A stretch of DNA of 64,000 nt, from the NCBI RefSeq assembly GCF_009914755.1, contig NC_060934.1; one strand, 5' to 3'. Numbering within the stretch: position 1 is the stretch's first letter; every line of letters starts with the position of its first letter. Positions 1 to 16,375 of the stretch are shown here, piece after piece. The notes under the pieces are model-generated. The model searched no databases and was not told the origin of the DNA. It saw only the letters and a program-made list of their open reading frames with translations. Source of the DNA: the human T2T-CHM13v2.0 reference genome, Homo sapiens. The translations under genes and the position numbers were made by a program.

Positions 1-500
1 CCAACGTGACGGATTAGAGATGCGCAACTGTAATAATTTCTGTACGTTTCTTTCTAAACTAAAAAGTGGAAGTTTATTATTGAAAGTAACTTACAGCATT
101 TATAAGCTCCTTTTGGTAGCCATGTTCAGTAATCATTTTGCAGGTTTTAAAAAACTATCAGTACTATAAAAGGCCTAAAGGTATACTAACAGAATGGAAG
201 GGGAAATTTAAATCTTTGCTTTCAGTAACCCTCTAAGTATTTTTGGATCTATAGGATTTATTTAAAGTAAATTTAGTAAAGCATATTTACTATCCCTCAT
301 GAAAATATCAATTTGATAAAAATAATATTTTTTCTCAATTTCAATTAAACATTTACTGTGTATTTAGTATATTACACATCAGGCACTGTGCTAGGTGCTT
401 TCTAAAAAATTTTCTGCTCTAAATTTCCTCAATAAAAGCATCTAAAGCATTAAGTCAAAACCTTTCCAAGTAAGTAATTTATCTTTTAAATGTTACGTAT

Positions 501-502
<2 letters not shown>

Positions 503-539
<37 letters not shown>
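503..539. repeat. (CA)n microsatellite, about 18 units
   Basis: Seen directly. Confidence 0.97.
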
Positions 540-543
<4 letters not shown>

Positions 544-1042
544 CTTCTGGTTAAACTACTTATCAAACGAACTGTTGCTATCATCCTTGAAACAAAAAGG
601 CCAACACCATTTGCATTATGGGTATATTGCTCATTTAATTAATCAGAACCACCTGTCTAAATAGCAATCGCAATCTGTACTTCAATGTTAAAAAGATCCA
701 GCTGAAATACAACCCTCCTAATTCTGATCAGTTTGAGAACTATTTTTTCCACAGTTAAAGGGGTCACTATAAACATAAAAACTGGCATTGTTTTCCTTTG
801 ATTAGGTTACAGTAGCTTAAGTCTCTAAACACTAGAATTCCTCACACAGCTGTTAACTGTGGACCAGGGGACTGGCTCACATCTGCTTCTCACTTATTGC
901 ATTAATGGTTCACTTTCAGGTCCTAAAAGGATTGTTGTATCCCCTCCCCAAAGATACTGTGGAACCCATCTATGTCTGCCTTCTACATAGCTGACTTGTT
1001 CTGGTTTCTCTCTCTATACAATGCAAATCTCAGTGAACTCAC

Positions 1043-1162
1043 ATCTGTCACAGATCGACCCAATTCGTGGGCAATCTTTTCCCATCGACCTGGAGTCCCT
1101 CCTGGGAACTTAACCATACTTCTTGTCAGTTGGCTGAGGTCCTCTTCTGTCCATTCAGGTGC
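1043..1162 (-). CDS. DNAJC1: Internal coding exon of DNAJC1 (SANT/Myb domain 1; exon 9 by recollection), 120 bp, phase 0-0
   Basis: Minus strand reads ttttgcag|GCACCTGAATGG...GTGACAGAT|gtgagt. It has a canonical acceptor (AG at 1164-1163) and donor (GT at 1042-1041). The translation APEWTEEDLSQLTRSMVKFPGGTPGRWEKIAHELGRSVTD has the SANT signature (WT.E....L......FP.G...RWEKIA..LG) and matches my recollection of human DNAJC1. Confidence 0.95.
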
Positions 1163-1177
1163 CTGCAAAACATTAAA

Positions 1178-1253
1178 GAAAATAAAAAAAGATAATTGGG
1201 AGAAAATAAAAAGATAATTGGAAGAATAAAAAAAGATAATTGAGAGATAATTG
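1178..1253. repeat. Degenerate ~22-24 bp tandem repeat (AAAATAAAAAAAGATAATTGGGAG)-like, about 3.5 copies, in the 3' splice-site region
   Basis: The core AGATAATTG occurs four times between 1190 and 1253. Confidence 0.8.
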
Positions 1254-4200
1254 CTGTGAAGCAAATTATTGGCAATATGCTTTCTGTAAAAAACAATACT
1301 AAATTGTATCTAATAGTTTCAATAAAGATTTGAGCTGCATATTTAACACTGGAATGCAAAGCTCTAGAAGCCTATTTCATTTCCTACGTATACTAACTAA
1401 GAAAGCATAAATATTGCAAAACCAGGTTTTGCAGACATTTTTTAAAAAAGACCATTCAGCTTTGAATTAAAATGAGAAACCATTCTCAAAGCTTATGAAA
1501 TGCATCCTTGCTATAAAATGCAGTGCTGCTCATAAATGCCTCACATAAAGTTACTATTAAAGGGCTCTCTCTTTTTTTTTTTAAACACACACTTTAAAGA
1601 AAGCAAAAATAAAAATAAAAAACTTACAAGTATAAATGAAATGTGAACAAGTAAATATACTGGTCTGAAATCAGAACTGCAATGACACTTTATGATCATT
1701 CTATGTAACGATATTCAATTTTAAAATAATATTTTTTCAAGAAGTTTAGCTTGTCAAATGTCACTCTTTTTTTTTTTTAAACTTCGGAACAGAAATAAAA
1801 TTAGAAACTCTTGTGGCCAAGACTCAAACCATCAAGTCCATGTAAAGCAGCATTTCATTTTATTTTGACCATTTCATTTTGGTCAACTTTTAGCTTTGAC
1901 TAAATGATTAAACTAAATTTAAAAATACCTTAGAGATTATAAACACGCATATGCAAAAAGTCTAACAGCAAGCATATTCTCTGCATTTTTCTCAGCACTA
2001 GCAGTAGTCAAACCCCAAAGTGAGCACAGAGAAATAAATTATTATCAAACAACAAATAACCACGTTACAATTATTTCACATTACACTTTAGTACTGAACT
2101 ATTCTCCACCAGAGGCAATAAAGCACTCTGGTATTAAACAATACTCCAGTAGCCAGCATAGAGACTGAGGAAGCCTACCTTATTTTCCTTTAATTAAAAT
2201 GAAAGAATAAAGAAAAAGAAAGAGGGAAAGAAGGAAACCTTTGAGGCAAATACCTTTTCTAATCACCATTTCCGATAATGAACAGGCATACATCAGGCAG
2301 TTTGCATTACAGAACCATCAGCACAGAACAACAGTCAGAGGTGAGTGACCCCAGGGACTATCTCCACAGCTACAGCAAAGCTTCTCCCTGACACTAATCC
2401 TCCCTGTCATTCTCCCACTGTGCTCTAACCACACTGACATCCGCCTGCCTCACTGCAAGCTTAACGGGGCCCTTCCTGACTTTTTACTGTCTCCCCCAAT
2501 CAATGGTTCAAGCGTGCTCTTTTCACCATGTCCAAATGGCAGCTTCACTCATAATCAAAGTGCATTGCCCCTGTTAAAGGGCTTTCCGAAAGGCTCTCCC
2601 ATTTGCATTCATTTGCAAAGCAAACTACTTTTATTCACTTTGTTCTGCTATCAAGAATGTTCCCTGAAGCAGATAAATTGGCATAAATACAACCTGCCAC
2701 TTAAGAGTCAGTAAATAATAGCCAATAGTAGGGAGGATTTTATCAATCATTCTATTTTGTATCCACTAAGAGCTGAAAGCCTCAAACATATTCATCAGTA
2801 CAGCCTCTACAATACATGCATAAATTCACTTATATAAAAAGGTAGCCCACATTGGGTCTGGTCGGAATTTCTTTGATATTTAATGAATATCAGAAATCCA
2901 ATTCTTCATATCAGATGACTTAAAAATTTACACGGAGGGTTTTTTCTTTCTCCTTGTCTTTATTTAAGGAAAAAAGAATTATTCTTATTCAGCTACAATT
3001 TAGAGAAATATAATTGGATTTTCAACAAAATCATAGTTTTATTGCTAAAAAGCTTTAATAAGTAGACCAATCGGTTTCAGAAATGCAAAAGACTTAAGTT
3101 TTAGGCAGAATTTAAATAAGCTTACAGTAAAAGATCATGTCATGAAGAGCTTGAAGTTGATCATTGCATAAAGATATATACTGATCAAACCATACAGTAT
3201 GTACGAAATCACACTAAATCAAATTACCTAATTTCTATGTTATTTTAACATTTTTGGAGCAAAAAAATTGTCTACAATGTCTAAAATATAAATCATTGTT
3301 TCAGGTAGTAAACTAAGTCTTTAAAATAATTTCTATTTTTAACAGATCAACTTCCCAAATACTCTGCATACATAAACATTGACATTAAAAACAAATCTGA
3401 TTTTAATTAGATTAATGAGTGTGTAAAAGCATAGTAGTTTTCTGAAAAATAAAAATTTTATATAAAGTATTTGGATTGAATTCCTGAAAAATCACCTACT
3501 GCTATGACAGTCTTAAGTTTCATAGTTATTTTATGGCCATAATTTTTATTATTAATATTTTTAAAGAGGCTCGATAGTGACTAGGGCCATAATCTGAAAT
3601 CTGAGAGAACCCTTTTAGCAATGCATTATTCTCCCTCCTACAGCTGTAAGGCACTTTGGTGAATGTGTAATTCCTCGGCAATAGTTAGTTGTGTCTTTAG
3701 AAGCAACAGAGCCTCCTGTGATCCAGCTACTACAGCAGCCATGAGGGTGGCCATGGTGTGAATGTACTCTCCCTCTTCTAATCTGGAGCCAACTGTAGCT
3801 GTGAAAGTCAAATGAATGCATAAGCATACTGCTTTGCCACTTAAAACCATGTGTGTCCAATCTTACCGAAACACCGGGCCAAATATTCATCTCTACAGTA
3901 AAGTAATGGAAGATACCACATGGTGTGGAGACAGCTGTTGTGACTATACAAGCACTCCAATTTTGCATCAGAAAAGCCCATTCTGGGAATAAATCTCCAT
4001 ACTGAATACAAAATAAAAAGTTTTCAAATTATTAAATATTGTAATGTAATGACCTCAAAATATAGCAACCAAAGTAAGAACTGATATGAAAACTTAAATT
4101 ATATTCCCAAATCATGTACCTTTGGGATGGATTTTTGCCATAAAACCCACTATGTTCAAAGATTTGGTGTCTCTGAAAATCCTCTATATTCTTGGGGTAG

Positions 4201-4571
4201 GGCTGTATTTTTAAAGTAATCTATATGGACTTTTCCTCTCACAGCTTTGGACTATAAAATGTTAATTAGAAAGCATCATATAATTTATTTGGCACTAAAA
4301 ATTATGGCCAAATTAAAAAAAATTTTTAATGTACTTGTTTATTGTATTTTTATACTTTAATGACAAAAGGCTCATTTCTATCTAATAAATAGATACTGAA
4401 ACTCTCTAATGAGCAATACTTCTATTGAAATGACCTATTAATAATAATTATTTATATAAATACAGAAGCTAAAATTTTGGATTCAACTATTTTTATTAGA
4501 TTCAGCTCAACTCATAAATTCTCAGAAATTTTATCCAAGAAAATAACATTCTTACATCGCATTGCCCAGTT

Positions 4572-4700
4572 AATATATAACACATTATTATACATAATAA
4601 TATAACATATTATTAGATATACATAACACATTAGATATACATAACACATTATTAGATATATATACACATATTAGATGTATATATCTAATATGTATTAGAT
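4572..4700. repeat. AT-rich low-complexity tandem repeat (ATATACATAACACATTAGAT-like) ending in a near-palindrome at 4666-4693
   Basis: Repeated TAACACATT/ATTAGAT units, and ACATATTAGAT...ATCTAATATGT are reverse complements. Confidence 0.75.
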
Positions 4701-4939
4701 GGGATGGGATGAGATTGGATGTCTAATAATCTAATTATCTCTTACCCTCAAGTTCTATAAACACTTTTAGTGCATTTAATTTAGTGCACAGTTTTCAGCT
4801 ATATAATTTTCCTTTCCTATTTAAAAATGGAGGCATGCCCTTGACAAATATATATAAATACATGGTATAAAAACAACAACAAAATTAAAAACTAAATAAC
4901 CTCAAATGTCTTTTTACTCTTAGGAAGAGAAATTCTTTT

Positions 4940-5222
4940 TTGAGGCCTATCTTCCTGACTTGCAGTTGGCTGCCTTCTTGCTCAGTCTTCACATGGCCTT
5001 TCATGTGTGTGTGTATGTGTGTGGCGGGGTGGGGGGAATGGGGGAGTCTGTTGTCTCTCTTCCTCTTCTTTTAAGAATACCAATACTATCGATTTAGGGC
5101 CCCACCCTTCCGACTTCATTAGCCTTAATTATCTCCTTACAGGCCCTAGCTTTAAATACAGTCACATTGGGAGTTAGGGCTTCAACATGTGAATTTGGGG
5201 GCACACAATTCCGTTCAGAATA
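4940..5222 (-). mobile_element. MLT1 (MLT1B/C-like) MaLR LTR fragment
   Basis: AAATACAGTCACATTGGGAGTTAGGGCTTCAACATGTGAATTTGGGGG...ACACAATTC is the typical reverse complement of an MLT1 5' end. Confidence 0.75.
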
Positions 5223-5329
5223 GGCAGGACACAAAAAAACAAAAACTAAAACAGAAGTCCACAATTTGGCCCAACTGGTTTTTCAAAATTCACTGAATTT
5301 ATACAATACATAGATAAAAGGGCAGGAAT

Positions 5330-6560
5330 TGGCTTTTGTCCCTCTATGACACTGGCTCTGAATTAACATCTACTGAAATATACCAATTGGCAAACCTTTG
5401 TGCCCTTAATCAATATTGGCGATCCTCCTAAATTTAAACAAGGGTCCCCCTATAATCTTAGGGGAGTTATTGAACATAATATAAAGGACAAGTATGCATG
5501 CCTCGCCCTAACCACAGGAATTCTGTCTTGCCTTAATTCCCTATGGTCATCACACCCATTGTTCTAAAATATCCCATAGTGGTCATGGACACTCTGACCC
5601 AAAGAGTCATGAATTAATTTTAAGTCTTTGGCACTAACAAATTGCCTTTTTAAAATGGACCCCATGGACGTACTGCTTCCCCATGAAAACAGTTAATACA
5701 GCCAGATGTAAATTAAAACAGGGCCTTTAATGATTAAAACCCACTATACAAGACCTATTTAGAAAAGGGGTGATTATCCCCACTGCCTGTCCATTTAACA
5801 GCCCAATTTGACCAGCTTTTCCACTTGGGAGGAATGTATGGTGCCTCCTGGTGGATTACTTCAACCTCAATGCTGTGGACTTCACTAAGGACCCATACCC
5901 AATATAACTGAAATTACTGACTTCATCTAACCAGCAACTGGTAAATATTTTGGTATTATAGATTTGGTGAATATGTTTTGTTCAGTGCCTATTTCAACAC
6001 TCTTGACTGCAGTTTGCCTCCAAAGGGACCCAATACAGTTTTACCCAGCTACCACGGGGTACTTTAAACAGCCTCACTGTAACATACAATCTTCGAGGGC
6101 AAGATTGAAACTGCACCCTACTTTCCCCAGGAATGCAGGTATGACATCACACTGATGACCTCCTCCGCTGAGGAGATTCCTTTGATACACTCACTCGGGA
6201 CATACAAATGAAAGGAGCTCACGGGGTGACCCACCGCCTTACACACAGAGCAAGGCCTTGGTTGTATTTCTGAACATTATTGGGTAAACTGAAGGCAACT
6301 CCATCCATGACACTGTCAAGAAACAGCTATTGACTCTCATAGCACCCACAGTTTCTTTTAGGCTCTTTTGGGTTCTGGAGGAAACATACTTCTCATTACA
6401 AATTGTATTAAGCCCATATATGTTGTTACTTGCGAAATGACTCACCTTGAATGGGGCCCCTTTTAAGCAAAGGTTCTGGAATCTGTCCAAATTGCAAAAC
6501 AACTGACACCCCTGCGTGTCTCCCACAGACTCCTTAACTGCAGAGGATTTAGCAGTCTCC
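5330..6560 (+). mobile_element. Degraded class III (ERVL/HERV-S-like) pro-pol fragment
   Basis: Retroviral motifs appear in order: protease DTGSELT (5348-5368), RT GVIIPTACPFNSPI*P...WCLLVDYFNLNAV (from 5767), DLVNMFCSVPIS (5961-5996), HTDDL (6148-6162, cf. YIDD) and a GFWRKH-like motif near 6370. Stops and frameshifts are present. Confidence 0.85.
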
Positions 6561-6599
6561 TATCAGTGTGAGAGTTGTGTGCAAGTAATGACTTGAAAT

Positions 6600-7630
<1,031 letters not shown>

Positions 7631-7639
7631 TAGATTTTT

Positions 7640-7779
7640 TCCTTTTTAGAGACAGAGCCTTGCTCTGTTGCCCAGGCTGGAGCACAGTGGCACAATAAGG
7701 CTCAATGCAGCCTTGAAATCCTGGGCTCAAGTGATCCTCCCGCCTTGGCCTCCGCAGACATGAGCCACCACTCCTGGAC
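7640..7779 (-). mobile_element. Alu monomer/fragment (FRAM/AluJ-like)
   Basis: Short Alu-like sequence TTGCTCTGTTGCCCAGGCTGGAG...TGAGCCACCA. Confidence 0.8.
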
Positions 7780-7911
7780 CTTATATTTTCATTTAAAATT
7801 CTTTAACTTTTACTTTGAAATAGCTTTAGGTTTATAGAAAGTTTTAGAAAATAGTACAGAGTTCCCATATACTCTTTATTCAGCAAACTATGGTGTTAAC
7901 TATACAGCCAT

Positions 7912-8082
7912 TGTGATAACAAGTCAGCCTCCAAGGTGTTCCTCAGTGATTCCCACTTCCTAGTATTAATGCCCTTGTGCAGTCTCCTTCCACAGTGGCT
8001 AGGGCTGACATGTAAAACCAATAGGATACTGTGGAAGGGATAGGGTGTGTTTTCCAAGGATAAATGATAAAAGACATATACA

Positions 8083-8124
<42 letters not shown>

Positions 8125-8149
8125 CATATATACATATATATACATATAT

Positions 8150-8180
<31 letters not shown>

Positions 8181-8211
8181 CAGCTTCTGCCTTGCTCTTT
8201 CTTGGGTTACT

Positions 8212-8287
<76 letters not shown>

Positions 8288-8372
8288 CAGCTTCTGCCTT
8301 GCTCTTTCTTGGGTTACTTGTCTCTAGGGGAAGCCAACTGCCAAACAGTGAGGCCGCTCAAGCGGCCCAATG
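7912..8372 (+). mobile_element. MLT1E/F-like MaLR LTR 5' part, carrying compound microsatellites
   Basis: CAGCCTCCAAGGTG...CTTCCTAGTATTAATGCCCTTGTG...CCAATAGGATAC resembles the MLT1E/F 5' end. Confidence 0.65.
8076..8284. repeat. Compound microsatellite (CA)n(TA)n...(CT)n(AT)n
   Basis: Seen directly. Confidence 0.95.
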
Positions 8373-8374
8373 GA

Positions 8375-9084
<710 letters not shown>

Positions 9085-9088
9085 GTTT

Positions 9089-9106
9089 TGGTGATGAGGA
9101 TGGGAT
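9089..9106 (+). promoter_or_regulatory. Retroviral primer-binding site complementary to tRNA-Ser(GCT)
   Basis: TGGTGATGAGGATGGGAT starts 5 nt after the LTR end. It differs from the complement of the tRNA-Ser(GCT) 3' end (TGGCGACGAGGATGGGAT, from recall) only by two CpG>TpG changes. Confidence 0.8.
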
Positions 9107-10580
9107 TCTCACAGACTCTTCCTCTTTCTGAATGAGGGCCTTGTAGAGATTTGCAGAAGTTACTGGGCACCTACAGCGAACATGCTAATTAAGTTATATT
9201 GTCGGTTGGGCAGCAAATGTCACTTCCTTTTACTGTCTATTAATAAGGAAGAATTGTGGAAGTGGCTGCATGCTGAATACCAGGAAATAGGTTCAAACAC
9301 AGCTGCTATAAAGGCATCCTTATTGTTCCTAAATCTCTTCCAGGTTAGGGGACTTCCTTGCCATCCTGTTTGGTCAGCCTCAGGTCTGTACCACTGTAAC
9401 AAGTACTAAGTAACAGTACTAAGATTCATTTTGTGTAGCCATAAAGTCTACTCCCTTTCAGAAAACAATTAGAGATACACACTCATAATGAGCATGAAAA
9501 GAGAAATTCATGAGCACAAACCAGGCCAATCATTAGAACAATGGCTGGTTCACTTGGGAGATAAGGGGGCAGGGTGTGTAATGCTTCTTAGGGAAGAATG
9601 GGATCAGGTGGGTTGTCTTACAGTACAACCTCTTCTGTAGTCTATTATGCCAACCTTAAATCCATTTGGAAATGACAGCAAAATGTCTCAAAGTGGGTCC
9701 TGGGTGCTTTCATCCTTTCAGGGAGATCTCGCAGAGAAAGATACACTCTTGTATTATAGGAAACCAAGGACGACGACTTGAAGAGTATTCAGGCTCTTAC
9801 TGCCCTGGATTGGATTTATTAATAGAATGCTAAATCCAGTGAAAGTGGAACAAAAGTAACCTCACAGAAAATGAGAAAGTAACTCAAAGAAATGTACGTA
9901 AATCTATGCAGTCAGCCCTGCCACTCTGGAAAACTCCTCTAGCCCTTATGTTGAAATTTAGGATTTAAGAGATTTTATCTCAGTAATGGGAAAGCAGATG
10001 CTCTGGATTAAGGTAGACTCACCAAAGGTCACACTGCTAGCTTGAGTCAGGCAGAGGGGCAAACTCCACGACCTCAGCTAGAAAGCACTGTGGCTAGGGC
10101 ACTGTGTCAAAGAGCTCTCAAGATTGAAACAGATGGCGCCAGACATGAGGACCTTCTTGCCATCTCATATAAATCATGGGTAGCCAAAAACATTAAGCCA
10201 CAAGCCACAGTACTGTGCTGCTCAGAACTAAAAACAATGTTAAGCCTTGTTTAATGGCATGGAGCCACTATAGCTCCCTGACTATTTGAACTGATCCATG
10301 ACACCATCCTACCATGGTAGTAGAAGTCATTCAGGTAAGCCTGAACTCTCTGCCGGGGGTTGTTCTTGATGATCAAACTGCAATAGATGTCCTCCTTGTG
10401 GGCCAAGGTGGAATCTGTACAATCGCTAATGCATCCTGTTACACCTGAGGTTTGGGGAGCTGGCAGAAACATACTGATATTCTGATAACTGCTATTGCTA
10501 TCAGTAATAAACTGTCCTCTATCTCTGACACAGGAGTTTTAAGTTTTCTACCAGCAGTATCTATGAAACTAGGGAAGGCT
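9107..10580 (+). mobile_element. Heavily deleted ERV internal region with env TM relic (10314-10448) and partial 3' LTR (~10450-10580)
   Basis: The in-frame MVVEVIQVSLNSLPGVVLDDQTAIDVLLVGQGGICTIANASCYT* resembles the immunosuppressive domain plus CX6CC of gamma-type TM (VMDNRLALDYLLAEQGGVC...CCT). The downstream AATAAACTGTCCTCTATCTCTGACACAGGAG...ACCAGC...ATGAAACT repeats the 5' LTR sequence. Confidence 0.8.
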
Positions 10581-10726
10581 TAGTCCATATATAGCATGAA
10601 ACAAACTTCACACTTGTTGGCAATATATGCCTTTTCATTTCCTTAATGGTGTCTTTTGAAGAGCAGAAGCTTTTCATTTTCATAAAGTTCAATGTATCTA
10701 TTTCTCTATTTTTTTATGGTTAGTGA

Positions 10727-11405
<679 letters not shown>

Positions 11406-11408
11406 TGA

Positions 11409-11909
<501 letters not shown>

Positions 11910-11910
11910 T

Positions 11911-12220
11911 GCCGGGCGCGGTGGCTCACGCCTGTAACCCCAGCACTTTGGGAGGCCGAGGTGGGTGGATCACAAGGTCAGGAGATCAAGACCATCCTGG
12001 CTAACACAGTGAAACCCCGTCTCTACTAAAAATACAAAAAAAAAAAATTAGCCGGGCGTGGTGGCGGGTGCCTGTAGTCCCAGCTACTCAGGAGGCTGAG
12101 GCAGGAGAATGGCCTGAACCCGGGAGGTGGAGCTTGCAGTGAGCTGAGATCGCGCCACTGCACTCCAGCATGGGCTACAGAGCGAGATTCCGTCTCAAAA
12201 AAAAAAAAAAAAAAAAAAAA
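11911..12220 (+). mobile_element. AluY
   Basis: GAGATCAAGACCATCCTGGCTAACAC...GGAGCTTGCAGTGAG, with a long A tail. Confidence 0.95.
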
Positions 12221-12697
12221 TCAATAGACTATGTGTACATCTGTTTGAGGACCTTCTTTCAGCACCTACTTTTCTTACCTGTAAGAAAAACATGGTGATA
12301 TGCTAAAATTTGTTTAAGATGCTCATCACAGCAGTTTTTGTAATAAAGTTATTTTAAATTACACATAAATGTTTACATTTATTTAAATCTTTGTCCTTAA
12401 ATATACTACGAACACTCTGACCACATGAGAAAGTCCTATCATGACTTGTAGTCCTTGTATTTTTTTTCCCCTCATTTTTTATTTTTAGCTTCATGTTTCC
12501 AGTGCTCTATAAAAGTTACGTTCTGTCTTGCTGGTCCTGAAACAATAACACTATCATCAACTTTAAGATTAGGAAACCAGCAAAAAAAGATGTAATGATT
12601 TTCTTAAGACCTCCTAGGAAGTTCATACAAGAGCCAAATTAAAATTCAAAGCTCTTAATGAAAAAAAATGTATTCTGCAAAAAAATTTAAGAATAAA

Positions 12698-13765
12698 TGT
12701 TGCAGGAAGTCAGGAACCCCAAACAGAGGGACTGGCTGAACCCATGGCAGAAGAACGTGGATTGTGAAGATTTCATGGACATTTATTAGTTCCCCAAATT
12801 AATACTTTTATAATTTCTTATGCCTGTCTTTACGGCAATCTCTGAACATAAATTGTGAAGATTTCATGGACACTTATCACTTCCCCAATCAATACCCTTG
12901 TGATTTTCTATGCCTGTCTTTAATCTCTTAACCCCGTCATTTTCGTAAGCTGAGGAGGATGTATGTCACCTCAGGACCATGTGATGATTGCGTTAACTGC
13001 ACAAATTGTTTGTAGAGCATGTGTATTTGAACAATATGAAATCTGGGCACCTTGAAAAAAGAACAGGATAACAGCAATGTTCAGGGAACAAGAGAGATAA
13101 CCTTAAACTCTGACCGCTGGTGAGCCGGGCGGAACAGAGCCATATTTCTCTTCTTTCAAAAGCAAATGGGAGAAATATTGCTGAATTCTTTTTCTCAGCA
13201 AGGAACGTCCCTGAGAAAGAGAATGTGTCCCTGTGGGCCTCTAAAATGGCCCCCTTAGGTGCAGCTGTCTTTTATGGTCTAGCTGTAGGGATGAAATAAG
13301 CCCCAGTCTCCCATAGCGCTCCCAGGCTTATCAGGACAAGGAAATTCCCGCCTAATAAATTTTTGGTCAGACCAGTTGTCTGCTCTCAAACCCTGTCTCC
13401 TAATAAGATGTTATCAATGACAAAGCATGCCGAAACTTCATTAGCAATTTTAATTTTGCCCCAGTCCTGTGGTCCTGTGATCTCGCCCTGCCTCCATTTG
13501 CCTTGTGATATTCTATTACCTTGTGAAGCACATGACCTCTGTGACCCACACCCTTTTCGTATGCTCCCTCCCCTTTTGAAAATCACTAATAAAAATTTGC
13601 TGGTTTTGCAGCTTGTGGGGCATCACGGAAACTGCCGACATGTGATGTCTCCCCTGGACACCCAGCTTTACACTTTGTACTCTGTCCCTTTATTTCTCAA
13701 CCTGGCCGACGCTTAGGAAAAATAGAAAAGAACCTACATGACTATCAGGGGCAGGTTCCCCGATA
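12698..13765 (+). mobile_element. MER11 (MER11C-like) solo LTR of HERV-K11/HML-8
   Basis: Begins TGTTGCAGGAAGTCAGGAACCCC, has the internal TTGTGAAGATTTCATGGACA duplication, and ends GGGGCAGGTTCCCCGATA. About 1070 bp, with a 6-bp TSD AATAAA/AAGAAA (1 mismatch). Confidence 0.92.
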
Positions 13766-14157
13766 AAGAAAGAAATGAGTAAGACCCAACTTTTGCCATA
13801 CTATTCAAAAAGATTCAAAATGATTTATTTTGAAAATGAGCACTGCTAAATCTATGCTAGAAAATCTCTGTGCAGTCATTATTTACTTATTTTCTGCTGT
13901 TTTTTAAATACTGAAAGGTAGAAAAAAGTCTTACATAAGATTATATTACAATTCACTGTCTGAAACCTTGTTTTTAGAAAAATGCAGAAGAGTAAATTGA
14001 AGGAAACCAAAGTTAGATGCATCACTATTATACTACTTGGGATAAAGCAAAATCGTATTTAAGGACTAACATGACACTAATAGAAAGACTTTACAATGTG
14101 ACACTAGCTTTAAGACCTGATGAAAAGCAATAAAAGTTTGGTTTTAAAAAAGGTTTG

Positions 14158-14449
<292 letters not shown>

Positions 14450-14644
14450 GTTTTGGAGGACATGCAGTAGTCTACTAGCTTGTTGGTCACGCTTTGAAAT
14501 TCAAAATTTTAAAATGTATTGCTTTACCACTGATATAATTTAAATTATAGAAGCTTAGAATCACAGAACATGTGAGGTGGCCTTTAGAAGTTATTTAATC
14601 TCTTAATTTGGGGCATGGTCACATTTTGTGCATTTGATATTGAT

Positions 14645-15480
<836 letters not shown>

Positions 15481-15484
15481 ACTT

Positions 15485-16375
15485 TCAAACTGTGTTTTTC
15501 CTCCACTTTCACACAAACACAAAAACAATAAATACAAAAGGCTTCTGTGACCCACAACATGTGGGGATTTCTCTTAACAGCAAGCAAGCAATCAATTCTA
15601 CAGAAGACACCACCTGGGTGTCTGCCAATTCAATTCTGACCCTATCTACCTGGAGACAGTGTCAGATCCCACAGGACTCTGGGCCCAGTCCCCAGGAGTT
15701 CCCCCCAGACCCTCCAACCCGATGGAAGCCTGGGCCTCCAGAACTTCTGACCAACTGGTTTCAAGTTGGGGTTCCCATGACCCCCTCTTTGGGTTCAAAT
15801 AACTTGATGGAGTGGCTCACACAACCCAGGGAAATATGTTTTACTGGTTTACTTAAAAGATATTACAAAAGATACAGGTGAAAAGACGTTTAGAGTGAGG
15901 GATGGGTGAAGGGGTGCAGAGCTTCCATATCATTTCTGGGCACGCCACCCTCCAGGAACCTCCACACGTTCAGCTATCCTGAAGCCCTCTGAACCCTGTC
16001 CTTGTGGGTTTTTATGGAGGCCTCATTATGTAGGCAAGATTGACAATCATGCAAAAATGGGATTAGATAAAAAGATCTTATACTAATAGACTGAGTAGGG
16101 AAACCCAGCCAGGCCTGTCTGTTCAGAATCTTCTTGGTCTCTCTGTGCAGCATTCCTTCCTCCAGAGTATGGGGCAAAACCTTCTCTGGAATGACGGTCT
16201 TATGACCCACTATCAGACTGAGTCCTGCTTTGGGCAGGTGAAAGGAGGGCAGGAGGTCAGAGAGAGAGAGATTCTGTTTCCTCAGGCCTGCTCTTGCCTT
16301 CAATATTGTAACAAAGGAATGTAACAACATCTATGTGAGTTATGAGCCAGGAATTGTAGAAAAAAATGCAATATA
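15485..16375 (-). mobile_element. MER21-family LTR
   Basis: CAAGCAAGCAATCAATTCT...CTATCTACCTGGAGACAGTGTCAGATCCCACAGG...GAGTTATGAGCCAGGAATTGT resembles MER21A/B. Confidence 0.75.

Noticed and set aside
1415-1433. Palindrome TGCAAAACC-A-GGTTTTGCA
   Set aside because: The 9-bp arms are within chance expectation for a 64-kb AT-rich window, and nothing else supports a function.
3615-3968. 117-aa minus-strand ORF in unique sequence
   Set aside because: Non-ATG start, no recognisable domain, and no match to DNAJC1 as I recall it.
9089-9108. tRNA gene fragment
   Set aside because: Only about 20 nt of complementarity including the CCA complement, directly after an LTR; this is a primer-binding site, not a tRNA gene.
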